From an uncultured archaeon (lineage in GTDB: Archaea; Thermoproteota; Bathyarchaeia; Bathyarchaeales; Bathycorpusculaceae), in assembly GCA_963782915.1 (NCBI GenBank), contig CAWALK010000023.1:1-64000 (forward strand): 64,000 nt of DNA, given 5' to 3'. The notes under the pieces were generated by a model, which searched no databases, was not told the origin of the DNA, and saw only the letters and a program-made list of their open reading frames with translations. The stretch's first letter is position 1. Every line of letters begins with the position of its first letter. Positions 51,321-60,967 of this stretch are shown here, one piece after another. The position numbers and the translations under genes are program-made.

Positions 51321-52390
51321 ATCGCCACTGTTACTCCGTTTAGCTTGGTTTTCTTTAGGATTAACTTTGATTTTGGTCCCGCTACTAGTAGTGCTGCTCG
51401 TTCGCATACTCCTCCGATACCGATTTTTTCTTGAACCATCGCTGAATCAGGCGAAAGGTCCGTATATGTGACTGAACGAAGTGCATCCACACTTAAAAAC
51501 TCAAGCGGTGCACCCATCTTTGCCACAGCATCAACCATCTGCTGTGATGTACGTTTGATATCTACTGTTGCAAAAGCGTGAACCCTCGCCAGTGGCACAT
51601 GTACCTTCTCTAATGCTGCATCTATGGCTTCGATGATGCTGTCCATGCTGGATTCTTTACGTGCACCCAAACCAACGACTACATGCCTGGTTTTTAGTAT
51701 GGTGAATGGTTTAACGAATTTGGTTATTGTGAGTGGTTCATGGGTGATTATGACGCCTGCATCAAAGTTGTTGATGATGTCGAGGGCTTCTGTGCCATTC
51801 TTGGCTGTTTTAACGTCATAGAAGCCGATAGCGTTGGGCGGTATTTTGGCGTCGCCGACTAATACCAGAACCATGCGGTCGCCGTTTACAATTGAAGAAT
51901 TCACTGCGACGAGGCTGTCGGGGTTCTGAATTGTTAGGTGCAGGTTTTTGGCGAGGTCATCGACGCTTTGTTTGCCCATGACGTCTGAGGCGGTGGTTAT
52001 TACTGGTATGGCGTTGATGCCTTTGGCTATGGCGTGGGCTAAATCGTTTGCGCCGCCCAAATGACCCGAGAGGAGGCTTATGGCGAATTTGCCTGAAGCA
52101 TCCACGCCCACGACTGCTGGGTCAGTGAGTTTGCTTTCCAAAAGTGGCGCTACGGAACGGATAATTATTCCTGTTGCCATAACGGCGACTATTGCGTCAA
52201 CTTTGCTGTAGACTTCTTTGAGAAAATCAGCCAATTTTTTGTCTAGGGTAACGATGCCGTTTTGGCTGTATTTTTTAGGGGCATAAACCGTAGAATTCAG
52301 CGATGCCATATCGAGTGCTTTCTGGATTTTAAGTGCGGTTTCTACGCCGCGATGTGTTATTGCAACGATTGCTATGCCCTTGTCATACAT
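51305..52390 (-). CDS. cbiG: cobalt-precorrin-5A hydrolase
   Basis: MATGIIIR, DPAVV, LLSGHLGGAN, ITTASD, GVCERAAL, GVTVAIA. Confidence 0.93.
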   Translation of the reverse strand: MYDKGIAIVAITHRGVETALKIQKALDMASLNSTVYAPKKYSQNGIVTLDKKLADFLKEVYSKVDAIVAVMATGIIIRSVAPLLESKLTDPAVVGVDASGKFAISLLSGHLGGANDLAHAIAKGINAIPVITTASDVMGKQSVDDLAKNLHLTIQNPDSLVAVNSSIVNGDRMVLVLVGDAKIPPNAIGFYDVKTAKNGTEALDIINNFDAGVIITHEPLTITKFVKPFTILKTRHVVVGLGARKESSMDSIIEAIDAALEKVHVPLARVHAFATVDIKRTSQQMVDAVAKMGAPLEFLSVDALRSVTYTDLSPDSAMVQEKIGIGGVCERAALLVAGPKSKLILKKTKLNGVTVAIAEDE

Positions 52391-52391
52391 G

Positions 52392-53156
52392 CTATTCTTC
52401 GCCTTTACGGAACCCCGTGGTGAATTTGGGGTCGTAGAGTTTAGATAAATCGTAAGCTTGAGGGTCTAAGACTTTGCCCACGAATATCAATGCTGTTTCT
52501 GTGATGTTTGCAGCTTTAACTTTTTCTACTATATCGGCGAGTGTGCCTTTGACGATTTTTTGTTCGGGCCAGGTTGCTTTGTAGACGACTTGGCAGGGTG
52601 TGGTTTTTGGGTAGCCGCCTTTTTGGAGTTCGTCGATTACTTTGATGATGTGTGGTGTGCCTAGGAAGATGACCATGGTTGCTTGGTGGGCTGCGAGTTT
52701 TCGGATGCTTTCTGCTTCTGGGACTGGTGTGCGTCCTTCGGGGCGTGTGATGATTACGGTTTGTGAGATGTTTGGTAGGGTTAATTCTCTGTTGAGTGCT
52801 GCGGCGCCGCCAAGTAAGCAGCTGATGCCTGGGATACGGAAGTATTCTATGCCTTCTTTGTCAAGAGCAGTCATTACTTCTTGTATTGCGCCGTAGAAGC
52901 TTGGGTCACCATCATGTAGGCGACAGACGAGTTTGTCTGCTTTAACGCCTGCTATCATGACTTTGAGCATTTCGGGGAGCCCCATTTTGGCGCTGTCATG
53001 GAGTTCGACGCCTTTTTTGCAGTATTTTAGGTATTCGGGGTTTAGGAGGCTGCCTGCGTAGATGACTACGTCGGATTGCTCAAGCCATTTCTTGCCTTTT
53101 AGGGTGATGAGTTCTGGGTCGCCTGGACCTGCACCAATAAACACTACTTTATTCAT
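52392..53156 (-). CDS. cbiF: cobalt-precorrin-4 C11-methyltransferase
   Basis: GAGPGDPELITLKG, YAGSL, GDPSFYGAI, EGRTPVP, SKLYD. Confidence 0.95.
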   Translation of the reverse strand: MNKVVFIGAGPGDPELITLKGKKWLEQSDVVIYAGSLLNPEYLKYCKKGVELHDSAKMGLPEMLKVMIAGVKADKLVCRLHDGDPSFYGAIQEVMTALDKEGIEYFRIPGISCLLGGAAALNRELTLPNISQTVIITRPEGRTPVPEAESIRKLAAHQATMVIFLGTPHIIKVIDELQKGGYPKTTPCQVVYKATWPEQKIVKGTLADIVEKVKAANITETALIFVGKVLDPQAYDLSKLYDPKFTTGFRKGEE

Positions 53157-53929
53157 GTTTACAGCTACATCCGTTTCCGTTTTGTTTCCAGTGAATAGGA
53201 ACTTGGCTTTTTTTGACGATGGCTACTGAGAAGTAGTCTTCGCTTACATCCCATTTGGATACGTCGCCGAGTTTGCCGACCATAACTTTCTCTTCGGGTA
53301 GGGTGCAGCGTTTGACTAATGCGACGGTTGAGTTTTCAGTGAAGCCTGAGCGGAGTAGGATTGGGATGAATTCTTTGATGTGATAGGCGCATTTCATGAA
53401 GACCAAGTTGTCTGCGTGTTTGGCTGCGTCTTCGATGTGTGCTAAGTCGAGGTCTGATGGGATGATTGTGACGACTTCTTCTTTTTCTGCCAATGGGAAT
53501 TTGGAGCTTGCTGCAACCGCAGTTACTGAGGTTACGCCTGGAATGATTTCGAGTTCGATTTCGGGGTAGGTTTCTTTTATGCATTCATAGAGGTACAGAA
53601 AAGTGCTGTACAGCATGGGGTCGCCCAATGTGATGAATGCGACGTCTGCCTTTTTTGGCTTTGGCGGCGACTATGGCGGCGCTTTCTACCCAGAGTTTGC
53701 GGTTGTTTAATTCGTCTTTGGTCATGGGGAAGACGAGTTCTAGGATTTCGGCTGGTTTTTTGCGTTCATCCAGAATCCCCCTAACCATGCTTAATGCCAT
53801 GCTTGGTTTTTTAGCATGAGATTTAGGAACACAAATAACATCCACTGTTTTAAGTGCTTTCGCAGCTTTTAGTGTGAGAAGTTCTGGGTCGCCTGGACCA
53901 ACGCCGATGCCTATGAATACGCCAACCAA
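53149..53929 (-). CDS. cbiL: cobalt-precorrin-2 C20-methyltransferase (frameshifted)
   Basis: GIGVGPGDPELLTLKA, FPMT, GDPMLYSTF, IPGVTS. Confidence 0.92.
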
Positions 53930-53941
53930 TCAAATATACCC

Positions 53942-54547
53942 CTATAGTTTTGTTGCTGAGACTATTGTTATTGGATTTCTTGCCATCATCATGGTTCCGC
54001 TGTTTATTTGTTTTCCCTTTGCCACAGAAATATTTGCTATGTCGATATCTTTGTAGCCTAACGCTTTGAGTTCGGCGATTGCGGTGGTTGCGGTTTCTAA
54101 TAGGATAGCGTTTATGATGATTCTGCCCGTGGGTTTGAGTTTGTAGTGGGCAGTTTGGATTATTGTGCGCAGAGAGACCCCCCCTCCCCCTATGAATATG
54201 GCGTCGGCGTTGGGTAAGGTAATGAGTGCTTCGGGAGCTTTGCCCTTTGCAACTGAGACGATGTTTTCGATGCCGAATTTCTGCACGTTACCTTTGGTTA
54301 ATTCTACGGCTGCTGGGTCTTCGTCGATGGCGTAGACTTTGCCTTTGTTTCCAACTTGGAAGGCTGCCTCAACCGTTAAGCCGCCTGTGCCGCAGCCGAC
54401 ATCAATGACGACTGCGCCTTCGATTAGGCGTGCTTTGGATATGGTGATAACTCTGATTTCTTCTTTTGTTGGACCTGGAACCGTGTCGCTTTGGTTAAAG
54501 CTCTCGTCTGGAATTCCAGGCGTCCTGTAAGCCCAGTTTCTTGCCAT
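53942..54547 (-). CDS. cbiT: cobalt-precorrin-6B C15-methyltransferase (decarboxylating)
   Basis: TKEEIR, DVGCGTG, FIGG, ARNPI. Confidence 0.93.
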   Translation of the reverse strand: MARNWAYRTPGIPDESFNQSDTVPGPTKEEIRVITISKARLIEGAVVIDVGCGTGGLTVEAAFQVGNKGKVYAIDEDPAAVELTKGNVQKFGIENIVSVAKGKAPEALITLPNADAIFIGGGGVSLRTIIQTAHYKLKPTGRIIINAILLETATTAIAELKALGYKDIDIANISVAKGKQINSGTMMMARNPITIVSATKL

Positions 54548-54570
54548 TGTAATTCAACTGTATCTGTTAA

Positions 54571-55230
54571 CTAAGCGGTTTGCTTGATAACCATTACGCA
54601 TAACGCGCCAAAAGCCTTCTCCGCGATGCCTTCGAGGGTGCTTGAAGTGATTTTTTCGTTTTCTAGAGTGATGTTTTCGCAGATGTAAACCTGTGTTTGT
54701 TTGTCTGCACCAGTCTCGAGTAGTAGGGCTGCGATGTCTTTGGGTGCAAAACCCCGCGAATTAGGCAAAAGCAAAATGGTGCGACCACATTGAAAAGCTG
54801 AAACCAGCTTCTGCTTTTCATCATCAGAAACATTATCATGGAATGTGAATAGGCGTGTGTTATCCCAGCTTATGTTTAAGCGTGCGGCGCAGGCTTGGAT
54901 TGAGCTGACACCGGGGATGACTTTGATGTCTGATTCTTGGAATAAGCCGCTTTCCAATACAGTGTGGAGTAGTCCTGAAAATCCTGGGTCGCCTGTTGAG
55001 AGCAAAGCCACATCCTTGCCGTTCTTGACTGATTCCGCTGCCTGCATTAACAGGTCTTGCAGGTTCTTAGCGGTCAAAACAACGTTTTCGCCTTTGATGT
55101 CATCCATAAAAAGGGCTATGCTTCTTTGAGCGCCAATAACAAGGTCCGCATGCTGCACAGCCTTCTTGGCGGCTGGAGTAACAAAATCCGGTGAACCCGG
55201 CCCGACGCCGACTATGTTAATTTTTGCCAA
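54571..55230 (-). CDS. cbiE: cobalt-precorrin-7 C5-methyltransferase
   Basis: VGVGPG, STGDPGFSG, PGVSSIQ, ENIT. Confidence 0.92.
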   Translation of the reverse strand: MAKINIVGVGPGSPDFVTPAAKKAVQHADLVIGAQRSIALFMDDIKGENVVLTAKNLQDLLMQAAESVKNGKDVALLSTGDPGFSGLLHTVLESGLFQESDIKVIPGVSSIQACAARLNISWDNTRLFTFHDNVSDDEKQKLVSAFQCGRTILLLPNSRGFAPKDIAALLLETGADKQTQVYICENITLENEKITSSTLEGIAEKAFGALCVMVIKQTA

Positions 55231-56312
55231 GGCTTATTGCACCTAGCGTTTGAATCCATTCCCAGCACTGTGCCATCCATTGCCACAATTACAACACTTA
55301 TCGTTACTTTGTTTTCCACTCTGTCACTGACTCGTTGGTGGACGCGCTCGGCGATGAGGTCATAGGTTGCTTCTACAAGGTTCACTTGTCGCAGGATTTC
55401 TGTTGCTTCGTCTGTGGTGTTTGATTCCAACAATTCTTTGATGGTTTTTTGGTTGGCTCCGGCTGCTCCTGCATAGGATGCGACGACTTCGTTTCTTGCG
55501 TCGCCGACTTTATGATGAGTGTTAAAGATTTTAGCCGCTAACTTGACGAGTTTGCCTGAGTGGCCCAAAACGATGATTTCTGTGACGCCTTTCTCGACTG
55601 CTTTGTCGAGCATGTAGCCGACGAAGTCGCCTGTTTGCACGATTGCGTCTTCTGGTACGCCGAATTTTTCTTTTGCGATGCGTTCTCCGATGTTGCCGGG
55701 GACGTAGAGGATGCGTTTGTAGCCTCTTGCGATGGCAACGTCAATTTGGGGCACCAGTGATCTGCGGCATGCTTCAAGCGAGAGCGGTTTGACGACGCCT
55801 GTGGTGCCAAGGATAGATACGCCGCCTTTTATGCCGAGTTTATCGTTCATGGTTTTTTTGGTGATGTTGGCGCCTTCTGGTGCGCTGATTAGAATTTCTG
55901 CGCCTTTGCCTTCTGGGAGGACTTCTTTGACGGCTTCGGTTATCATGGCTCTTGGGACTGGGTTGATTGCGCCTTCGCCGATTGGGACTTGTAAGCCGGC
56001 TTTGGTGACTTTGCCGATGCCTTCGCCGCTTTTGATGGTGATTTTGCCGTCGTCTGTTAATTTGACGGTGGCGATGATTTCCATTTTATCGGTAGCGTCA
56101 ATGTCTTGACCTGCATCTTTGACGGTGACTGCTTCAGCGGAGTTAGCGGTGAGTTTTCTGCTGGATTTAACCGGTATCTCAAAACGCAGTCCGATAGGTG
56201 TGGGGATGACGACGCGGTCCACTGGTTCCTTGACGATTGCGATTGTTGCTGCTTTGGCTGCTGCCGCTGCCGTAGCGCCCGTTGTTATGCCATACTTCAG
56301 AAACCGCGCCAT
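55212..56312 (-). CDS. cbiD: cobalt-precorrin-5B C1-methyltransferase
   Basis: GITTGATAAAAAKAA, KDAG, AINPVPR, GGVSILGTTG, GKLVKLA. Confidence 0.95.
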   Translation of the reverse strand: MARFLKYGITTGATAAAAAKAATIAIVKEPVDRVVIPTPIGLRFEIPVKSSRKLTANSAEAVTVKDAGQDIDATDKMEIIATVKLTDDGKITIKSGEGIGKVTKAGLQVPIGEGAINPVPRAMITEAVKEVLPEGKGAEILISAPEGANITKKTMNDKLGIKGGVSILGTTGVVKPLSLEACRRSLVPQIDVAIARGYKRILYVPGNIGERIAKEKFGVPEDAIVQTGDFVGYMLDKAVEKGVTEIIVLGHSGKLVKLAAKIFNTHHKVGDARNEVVASYAGAAGANQKTIKELLESNTTDEATEILRQVNLVEATYDLIAERVHQRVSDRVENKVTISVVIVAMDGTVLGMDSNARCNKPWQKLT

Positions 56313-56325
56313 ACCATGTCACCTA

Positions 56326-56985
56326 TTAACCGTATAGTTTGCCCTCAGCCATAGTGAGCAGGGCGTTGAAGACTGCGACTGCGATGGTGCTGCCGCCTTT
56401 GCGTCCCCTAGTTATCACGTATGGTACTGGGAGTTTTGCGACTACTTCTTTGGATTCCGCTGCGCCGACGAAGCCGACTGGAACCGCTATGATTAGGGCT
56501 GGTTTGACTTTGCCCGCTTTGATTTGGTCTGCTAATTCGAACGCTGCGGTTGGGGCGTTGCCGATTAAGACTATGCCTCCGTCTAAGCCGTCTTTGATTG
56601 CGAGACGCATCGCTGCTGCGGAGCGGGTTAGTTTTTCTGTTTTGGCAAGTTCCATGACTCGGCAGTCGTTCATGTAGGTTTGGACTTGGCTGCCGAATTT
56701 TTTGATGCGGGCGTCGTTTATGCCTGCTTTAACCATTTTTACGTCTGAGATGACTTTTGCGCCTGCTTTTATGGCGGCTACGCCTGCTTTGACGGCGTCG
56801 TCGCTGATTACTAAGAGTTTGGCGAATTCCGGGTCTGCTGTTGTGTGGACCACCCGTTCGACGATTGGGACTTTATCTTTGGGTAATTTTGCGAGGTCGT
56901 CTCCGATGGCTTCTCGTATGAGCATCATTGATTTGTCGACGATTTTGCCTGCTTCAGCAACGGAGTAAGCATCGAGGATTTCAGC
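56326..56985 (-). CDS. cbiC: cobalt-precorrin-8 methylmutase (coding region extends upstream of ATG 56928)
   Basis: RVVHTTAD, TRSAA, IGNAPTA, PVGFVGAAESK, GRKGGS. Confidence 0.93.
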   Translation of the reverse strand, partial: AEILDAYSVAEAGKIVDKSMMLIREAIGDDLAKLPKDKVPIVERVVHTTADPEFAKLLVISDDAVKAGVAAIKAGAKVISDVKMVKAGINDARIKKFGSQVQTYMNDCRVMELAKTEKLTRSAAAMRLAIKDGLDGGIVLIGNAPTAAFELADQIKAGKVKPALIIAVPVGFVGAAESKEVVAKLPVPYVITRGRKGGSTIAVAVFNALLTMAEGKLYG

Positions 56986-57400
56986 TGTCCTTCTTCACTT
57001 CAGCGCCCAATGCTTTGAGGGCTTTTTCTTCGAGGATATCGGCGATGCGTTCGTCGCTGCCCAAGGGTTCTCCGTAGACGAGTTCGATGCCTTTGGCTTT
57101 GAGCTGGGGTTCTTTTTCTTTTACGCCGATGAGTCCGGGAATGTCTTCTGTAGTGTGGACTCCGGGGGCGAGGAATGCTGGGACTAAAACGATTTTTGAT
57201 ACGCCCTTGTTTGCGGCGGTATCTATTGCTTCATTAACGGTTGGGGTGTCGCGAATCATGAAGGCGATTTCAACTGACTTGAATTTGCCTCGGCTGCGAA
57301 GCATAGCTGCGAGTTTTTCGAGGTTCTCTCGGTTATGGGGCAGTTTGCTTCCATGCCCAATGAGTATTAAACCAACAGTACTGAGTGCTGAGTTTGTCAA
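56981..57400 (-). CDS. cbiX: short sirohydrochlorin cobaltochelatase CbiX(S)
   Basis: GHGS, PAFLAPGVHTTEDIP, EPLG. Confidence 0.9.
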   Translation of the reverse strand: MTNSALSTVGLILIGHGSKLPHNRENLEKLAAMLRSRGKFKSVEIAFMIRDTPTVNEAIDTAANKGVSKIVLVPAFLAPGVHTTEDIPGLIGVKEKEPQLKAKGIELVYGEPLGSDERIADILEEKALKALGAEVKKDS

Positions 57401-58720
57401 CTAATTTTTCCCCGTTTTCTCAAACAATTTAACCGCTGTATCGATGATTTGTTTGTCACCGTTTTTTGCGGCTACCCTGAGATTCTCAATTATAGGAATA
57501 AAGGTTTGCTTGAGTAAAATGGATGTTAAATCATTCAAAACCCGTTTTTGGCGTTCATCCAACTCGCCCATCATGTTCATGGCTGTGAGGAGTTCTTTTT
57601 GGCGTATTTGTTCGGCTTGTGATAGCAATTCGGAGATGATTAGTCGGACGCTGAGGCTTTTCATGTCATTTTCTAAGATTATGAGTTCTTCGTCGAGGAT
57701 GCCTTGGGCTTTTTCTATGGCTTTTTCGCGTTGCGCCTTGTTTTTGTCGGCGATCATTTGTAGGTCGTCGATGTTGTTGAGTTTGGTGTTTGGGACTTCT
57801 GTGACGGCTTTTTCTACGTTGCGTGGGTTGGAGATGTCGATGATTATTATGGGGTTGAGGTTTTGGCGTTTAGCCATTAGGCGTGCCATGATTTCTTTTG
57901 TTAATAGATAGTGGGGGGCTGAGGTGGAGCAGATGACTACGTCCGAGTCCACCAATACTTCGTCTAACTGGTTAAATTTTACAGCTTTGCCGTTGAGGTC
58001 TTCGGCGAGTTTGACTGCTCGGTCGTAGGTGCGGTTTGCGATGAAAATTGGGCTTAAACATCGCCGGGCTAAGGCTTTGGCGACGAGGGTGCCGATTTCG
58101 CCTGCGCCCATGACAAGGATTTTTTTGTTCTCCAAGTTACCCAGAAGTGTTACTGCTAATTCGACGGCGGCTGAACCGATGGATACTGCGCCTTTGTTGA
58201 TGCCGGTTTCGTTGCGGACTCTTCTGCCGACGGTCATGGCTCGATTAAACAGGTGCTTTAAGATCGGGCCCAAAGTTTTGGCGTTATCAGCTTCCAAATA
58301 GGCATCCCAAACCTGATTTAAGATTTGGTCTTCGCCAATAACCATCGACTCCATCCCACCCGTAACCCTTAACAGGTGATTGAAAGTGTCGTTGTCGAGG
58401 CTGGTTTCTATTGCCTTGAAGGCTTCTTCATAGTGTTCTCCAGCCCGCTTTGCCAAGTGTTCCTTGACTTGTGCAAGCGTATTCTCAGCCTCTTCAGAGA
58501 CCATGAAAATTTCGATACGGTTACATGTCTGTAAATACAGGCATTCCTCCACCGTTTCCATGGCTTTAAGTTCGGCGAGGGCTTGAGTTTTCTCTTTAAA
58601 AGCGACTGCTTCCATCAGCGGTACACGTGCTGTTTTATGCGTGATTCGTACGTTGAGAACGTGGTCCGTCTTCGCCGATGTATGCATGGTTGGATAAACC
58701 GACCGGCTTAAATATAACAT
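57401..58720 (-). CDS. hemA: glutamyl-tRNA reductase (start probably about 58690)
   Basis: TCNRIE, ESMVIGEDQI, GAGEIG, NRT, DISNPRNV. Confidence 0.95.
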   Translation of the reverse strand: MLYLSRSVYPTMHTSAKTDHVLNVRITHKTARVPLMEAVAFKEKTQALAELKAMETVEECLYLQTCNRIEIFMVSEEAENTLAQVKEHLAKRAGEHYEEAFKAIETSLDNDTFNHLLRVTGGMESMVIGEDQILNQVWDAYLEADNAKTLGPILKHLFNRAMTVGRRVRNETGINKGAVSIGSAAVELAVTLLGNLENKKILVMGAGEIGTLVAKALARRCLSPIFIANRTYDRAVKLAEDLNGKAVKFNQLDEVLVDSDVVICSTSAPHYLLTKEIMARLMAKRQNLNPIIIIDISNPRNVEKAVTEVPNTKLNNIDDLQMIADKNKAQREKAIEKAQGILDEELIILENDMKSLSVRLIISELLSQAEQIRQKELLTAMNMMGELDERQKRVLNDLTSILLKQTFIPIIENLRVAAKNGDKQIIDTAVKLFEKTGKN

Positions 58721-58731
58721 TTACGGTAAAT
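58719..58731. promoter_or_regulatory. palindrome in the divergent hemA / amidotransferase promoter
   Basis: ATTTAC-G-GTAAAT adjacent to TTAAATAT. Confidence 0.3.
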
Positions 58732-58750
58732 ACCCGACGGGACTCTTTGG

Positions 58751-60313
58751 ATGATTTTACGTCACAAAATCGGCTTGGTTTACCTTCCAGGCGCTCTTCC
58801 CTGCTTTGAAGACTTCGGAAACCTCCCCACCGACCTAGTTTGCGCCGACGCATTAGTCGATGGCAAGCCTGCTAGTGAAGTTTTAGACATGCTTATCATT
58901 CCGGGCGGCAGTCTGGTGGAGTCAGGGAGCGTTAACCCACAAGTCACCAAAGAAATAGTGAAAATGGCTGAGTCAGGCAAGTTCGTGCTCGGTGTCTGTT
59001 CCGGTTTTCAGGTGCTCGCCAAAGAAACCGACGTAGGACGCCTCTCAACAATCCCAATCACACGTGAAGGCTTAGGACTGCTCGATGCAGAATTCAAGCC
59101 CCTAGTTTGCACTGACCGCGTGAAAGCCAGTGTAGTCGACAAGAGCTTCATAACACGGGAAATCGGCAAAGAAGTCACCGGCTTCCACTGCCACACCTAT
59201 GGGCAAATCGTTTTGGGCAGCAACGCTAAACCCATCATAGTTACACACGCCAACCGAGTGAACTACAAAAAGAACCCCCAAGACCTCATCTCAGGCGTCG
59301 CCAACAAACAAGGCAACGTCGCCGGCGTCTTCATACACGGATTGCTCGACCGTAACCCGACAATCACAGAGAGCATCATAAAATCACTCGACATTAACTC
59401 CGCCGATTTAGCTGCGATTAAGCAAGCCAACGCCAAACTCTTGGAAAACATCAAAGGCGAAGTGGGCATCGCAACTGGCACCCGCCAACAAACCCCAATC
59501 ACCCAAAAAGCACCCAAACTCCTCATGGTCACAGCACTGGGCAGCGGGTCAGGTAAAACATTCATAGTAACAGGCATCGCAGGAGCCCTCAAAAAACGAG
59601 GCTACAAAGTCGGCGTCATCAAAGTCGGCGGAGACATACGCGACGCAGTCTCGTCACTGTACCTCATAAAAGAACCCATGAAACCATATTCGTCAATTAA
59701 GATCGGTGAAAGCGGCTGGATGCCTCTCGAAGAGGTTATTGAGGCGGCAAGCAAAGACTACAACTTCTTACTCGTCGAAGGCGCAATGAGCGCATTCACA
59801 GGGTTACTAAACGAGAATTATAAGCGCCCGATGTCAACGGCTGAAGTTGCCGCAGCACTCGGCGCATCCACAGTTCTCGTAGTAGGCTGCGATAAGGAAG
59901 GCTTAGAAGGAGCCTTAATCGGCACCCTCAACTACGTCAACACCCTAAAGACGCTGGGCGTAAACGTCACGGGCGTCATCCTCAACAAGCTCCGAGTCAG
60001 CTACATAACCGACGAAACCAAAGCCATGATGGCACAGGCATTCGCTAAAGCAGGTGTAGAACTTCTCGGAATGGTCCCCAGATTAGATTTGGAGGGACGC
60101 GGTATGATTCCCGAGATAGAAATCCGTTATGAAGACTTCGGAGCCCAAGCCATAGATGCAATCGAAAAAAGCTTAAACCTTGACTTACTCACAAAAGTCG
60201 CCGCTCCACCCCAACCAACAAAAGTCGACTACGACGCCTTCACAGCTAAATTCAAAAACCTCTTAACCCACTACACCCTTAACGCTTCAGAAGGCGAACA
60301 AAAAAAGTGCTAA
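58751..60313 (+). CDS. CbiA/CobB-CobQ-family amidotransferase with permuted domain order (GATase N-terminal, P-loop synthetase C-terminal)
   Basis: IPGGS, GVCSGFQ, FHCH, IHG; then GSGSGKT, LVEGAMS, STAEVA, GVILNK. Confidence 0.8.
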   Translation: MILRHKIGLVYLPGALPCFEDFGNLPTDLVCADALVDGKPASEVLDMLIIPGGSLVESGSVNPQVTKEIVKMAESGKFVLGVCSGFQVLAKETDVGRLSTIPITREGLGLLDAEFKPLVCTDRVKASVVDKSFITREIGKEVTGFHCHTYGQIVLGSNAKPIIVTHANRVNYKKNPQDLISGVANKQGNVAGVFIHGLLDRNPTITESIIKSLDINSADLAAIKQANAKLLENIKGEVGIATGTRQQTPITQKAPKLLMVTALGSGSGKTFIVTGIAGALKKRGYKVGVIKVGGDIRDAVSSLYLIKEPMKPYSSIKIGESGWMPLEEVIEAASKDYNFLLVEGAMSAFTGLLNENYKRPMSTAEVAAALGASTVLVVGCDKEGLEGALIGTLNYVNTLKTLGVNVTGVILNKLRVSYITDETKAMMAQAFAKAGVELLGMVPRLDLEGRGMIPEIEIRYEDFGAQAIDAIEKSLNLDLLTKVAAPPQPTKVDYDAFTAKFKNLLTHYTLNASEGEQKKC

Positions 60314-60961
60314 TCGACCTCAAATTAGACGGCAAAACCGTTATGGTAATCGGCGGAGGCGCAGAAGCTTACCGCAAAACTCCAGAGCTTTCATCGGATT
60401 CTGGTGCAAAGATTTGGTTGATTAGCCGTGAATTCTCGCCTGAAGTGCAGAAGCTCGGTGAAGAAAAGAAAGTTGCACTGCTTAAGACTGGAATTAAGGA
60501 TGCTCAGGCGTTTGTTGACAGCCTTAAACCCAAAGCCCGACATTCTTTTGGCAGTTACAAATGACAGTGCTCTTAATCTTGCGTTAGTTAAAGCCGCCAA
60601 ATATTATGGCTGCATGGTTTACGCCGTGGATAATCCGGCATTAAGCGATTTCATATTGCCCGCTGTGGCACATATCGGCGACGTGAAGGTTGCTGTTTCT
60701 ACAGGCGGAAAAAGCCCAGCCATGGCACGGGTGCTAAGGGAACGCATCGAGAAACTCGTCACTCCCGAAGACCTCCTCGAAATCCAGCTCCAAGAAAAAG
60801 CCCGCACCACCCTCAAGGGCATCGTTGATGACCCGAAAGAGCGAAGCAAAATGTTATATGACATCCTTAATAGTGTAGAAATCAAAAAGGCACTCTCTGA
60901 AGGCAAATTAGTTGAGGCTGAAGAGTTAGCCATGAAACTCATAGAAAAGAAAAAGGAGTAA
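60307..60961 (+). CDS. sirC: precorrin-2 dehydrogenase (SirC/CysG-N), frameshifted
   Basis: VIGGGAEAYRK, VDNPALSDFILPA, VSTGGKSPAMAR. Confidence 0.88.
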
Positions 60962-60967
60962 TGAACG

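Noticed and set aside
57444-58301. Long antisense ORFs opposite hemA (similar ones oppose psmA, rqcH and the cbi genes)
   Set aside because: Shadow ORFs from codon bias on the real strand, with no motifs
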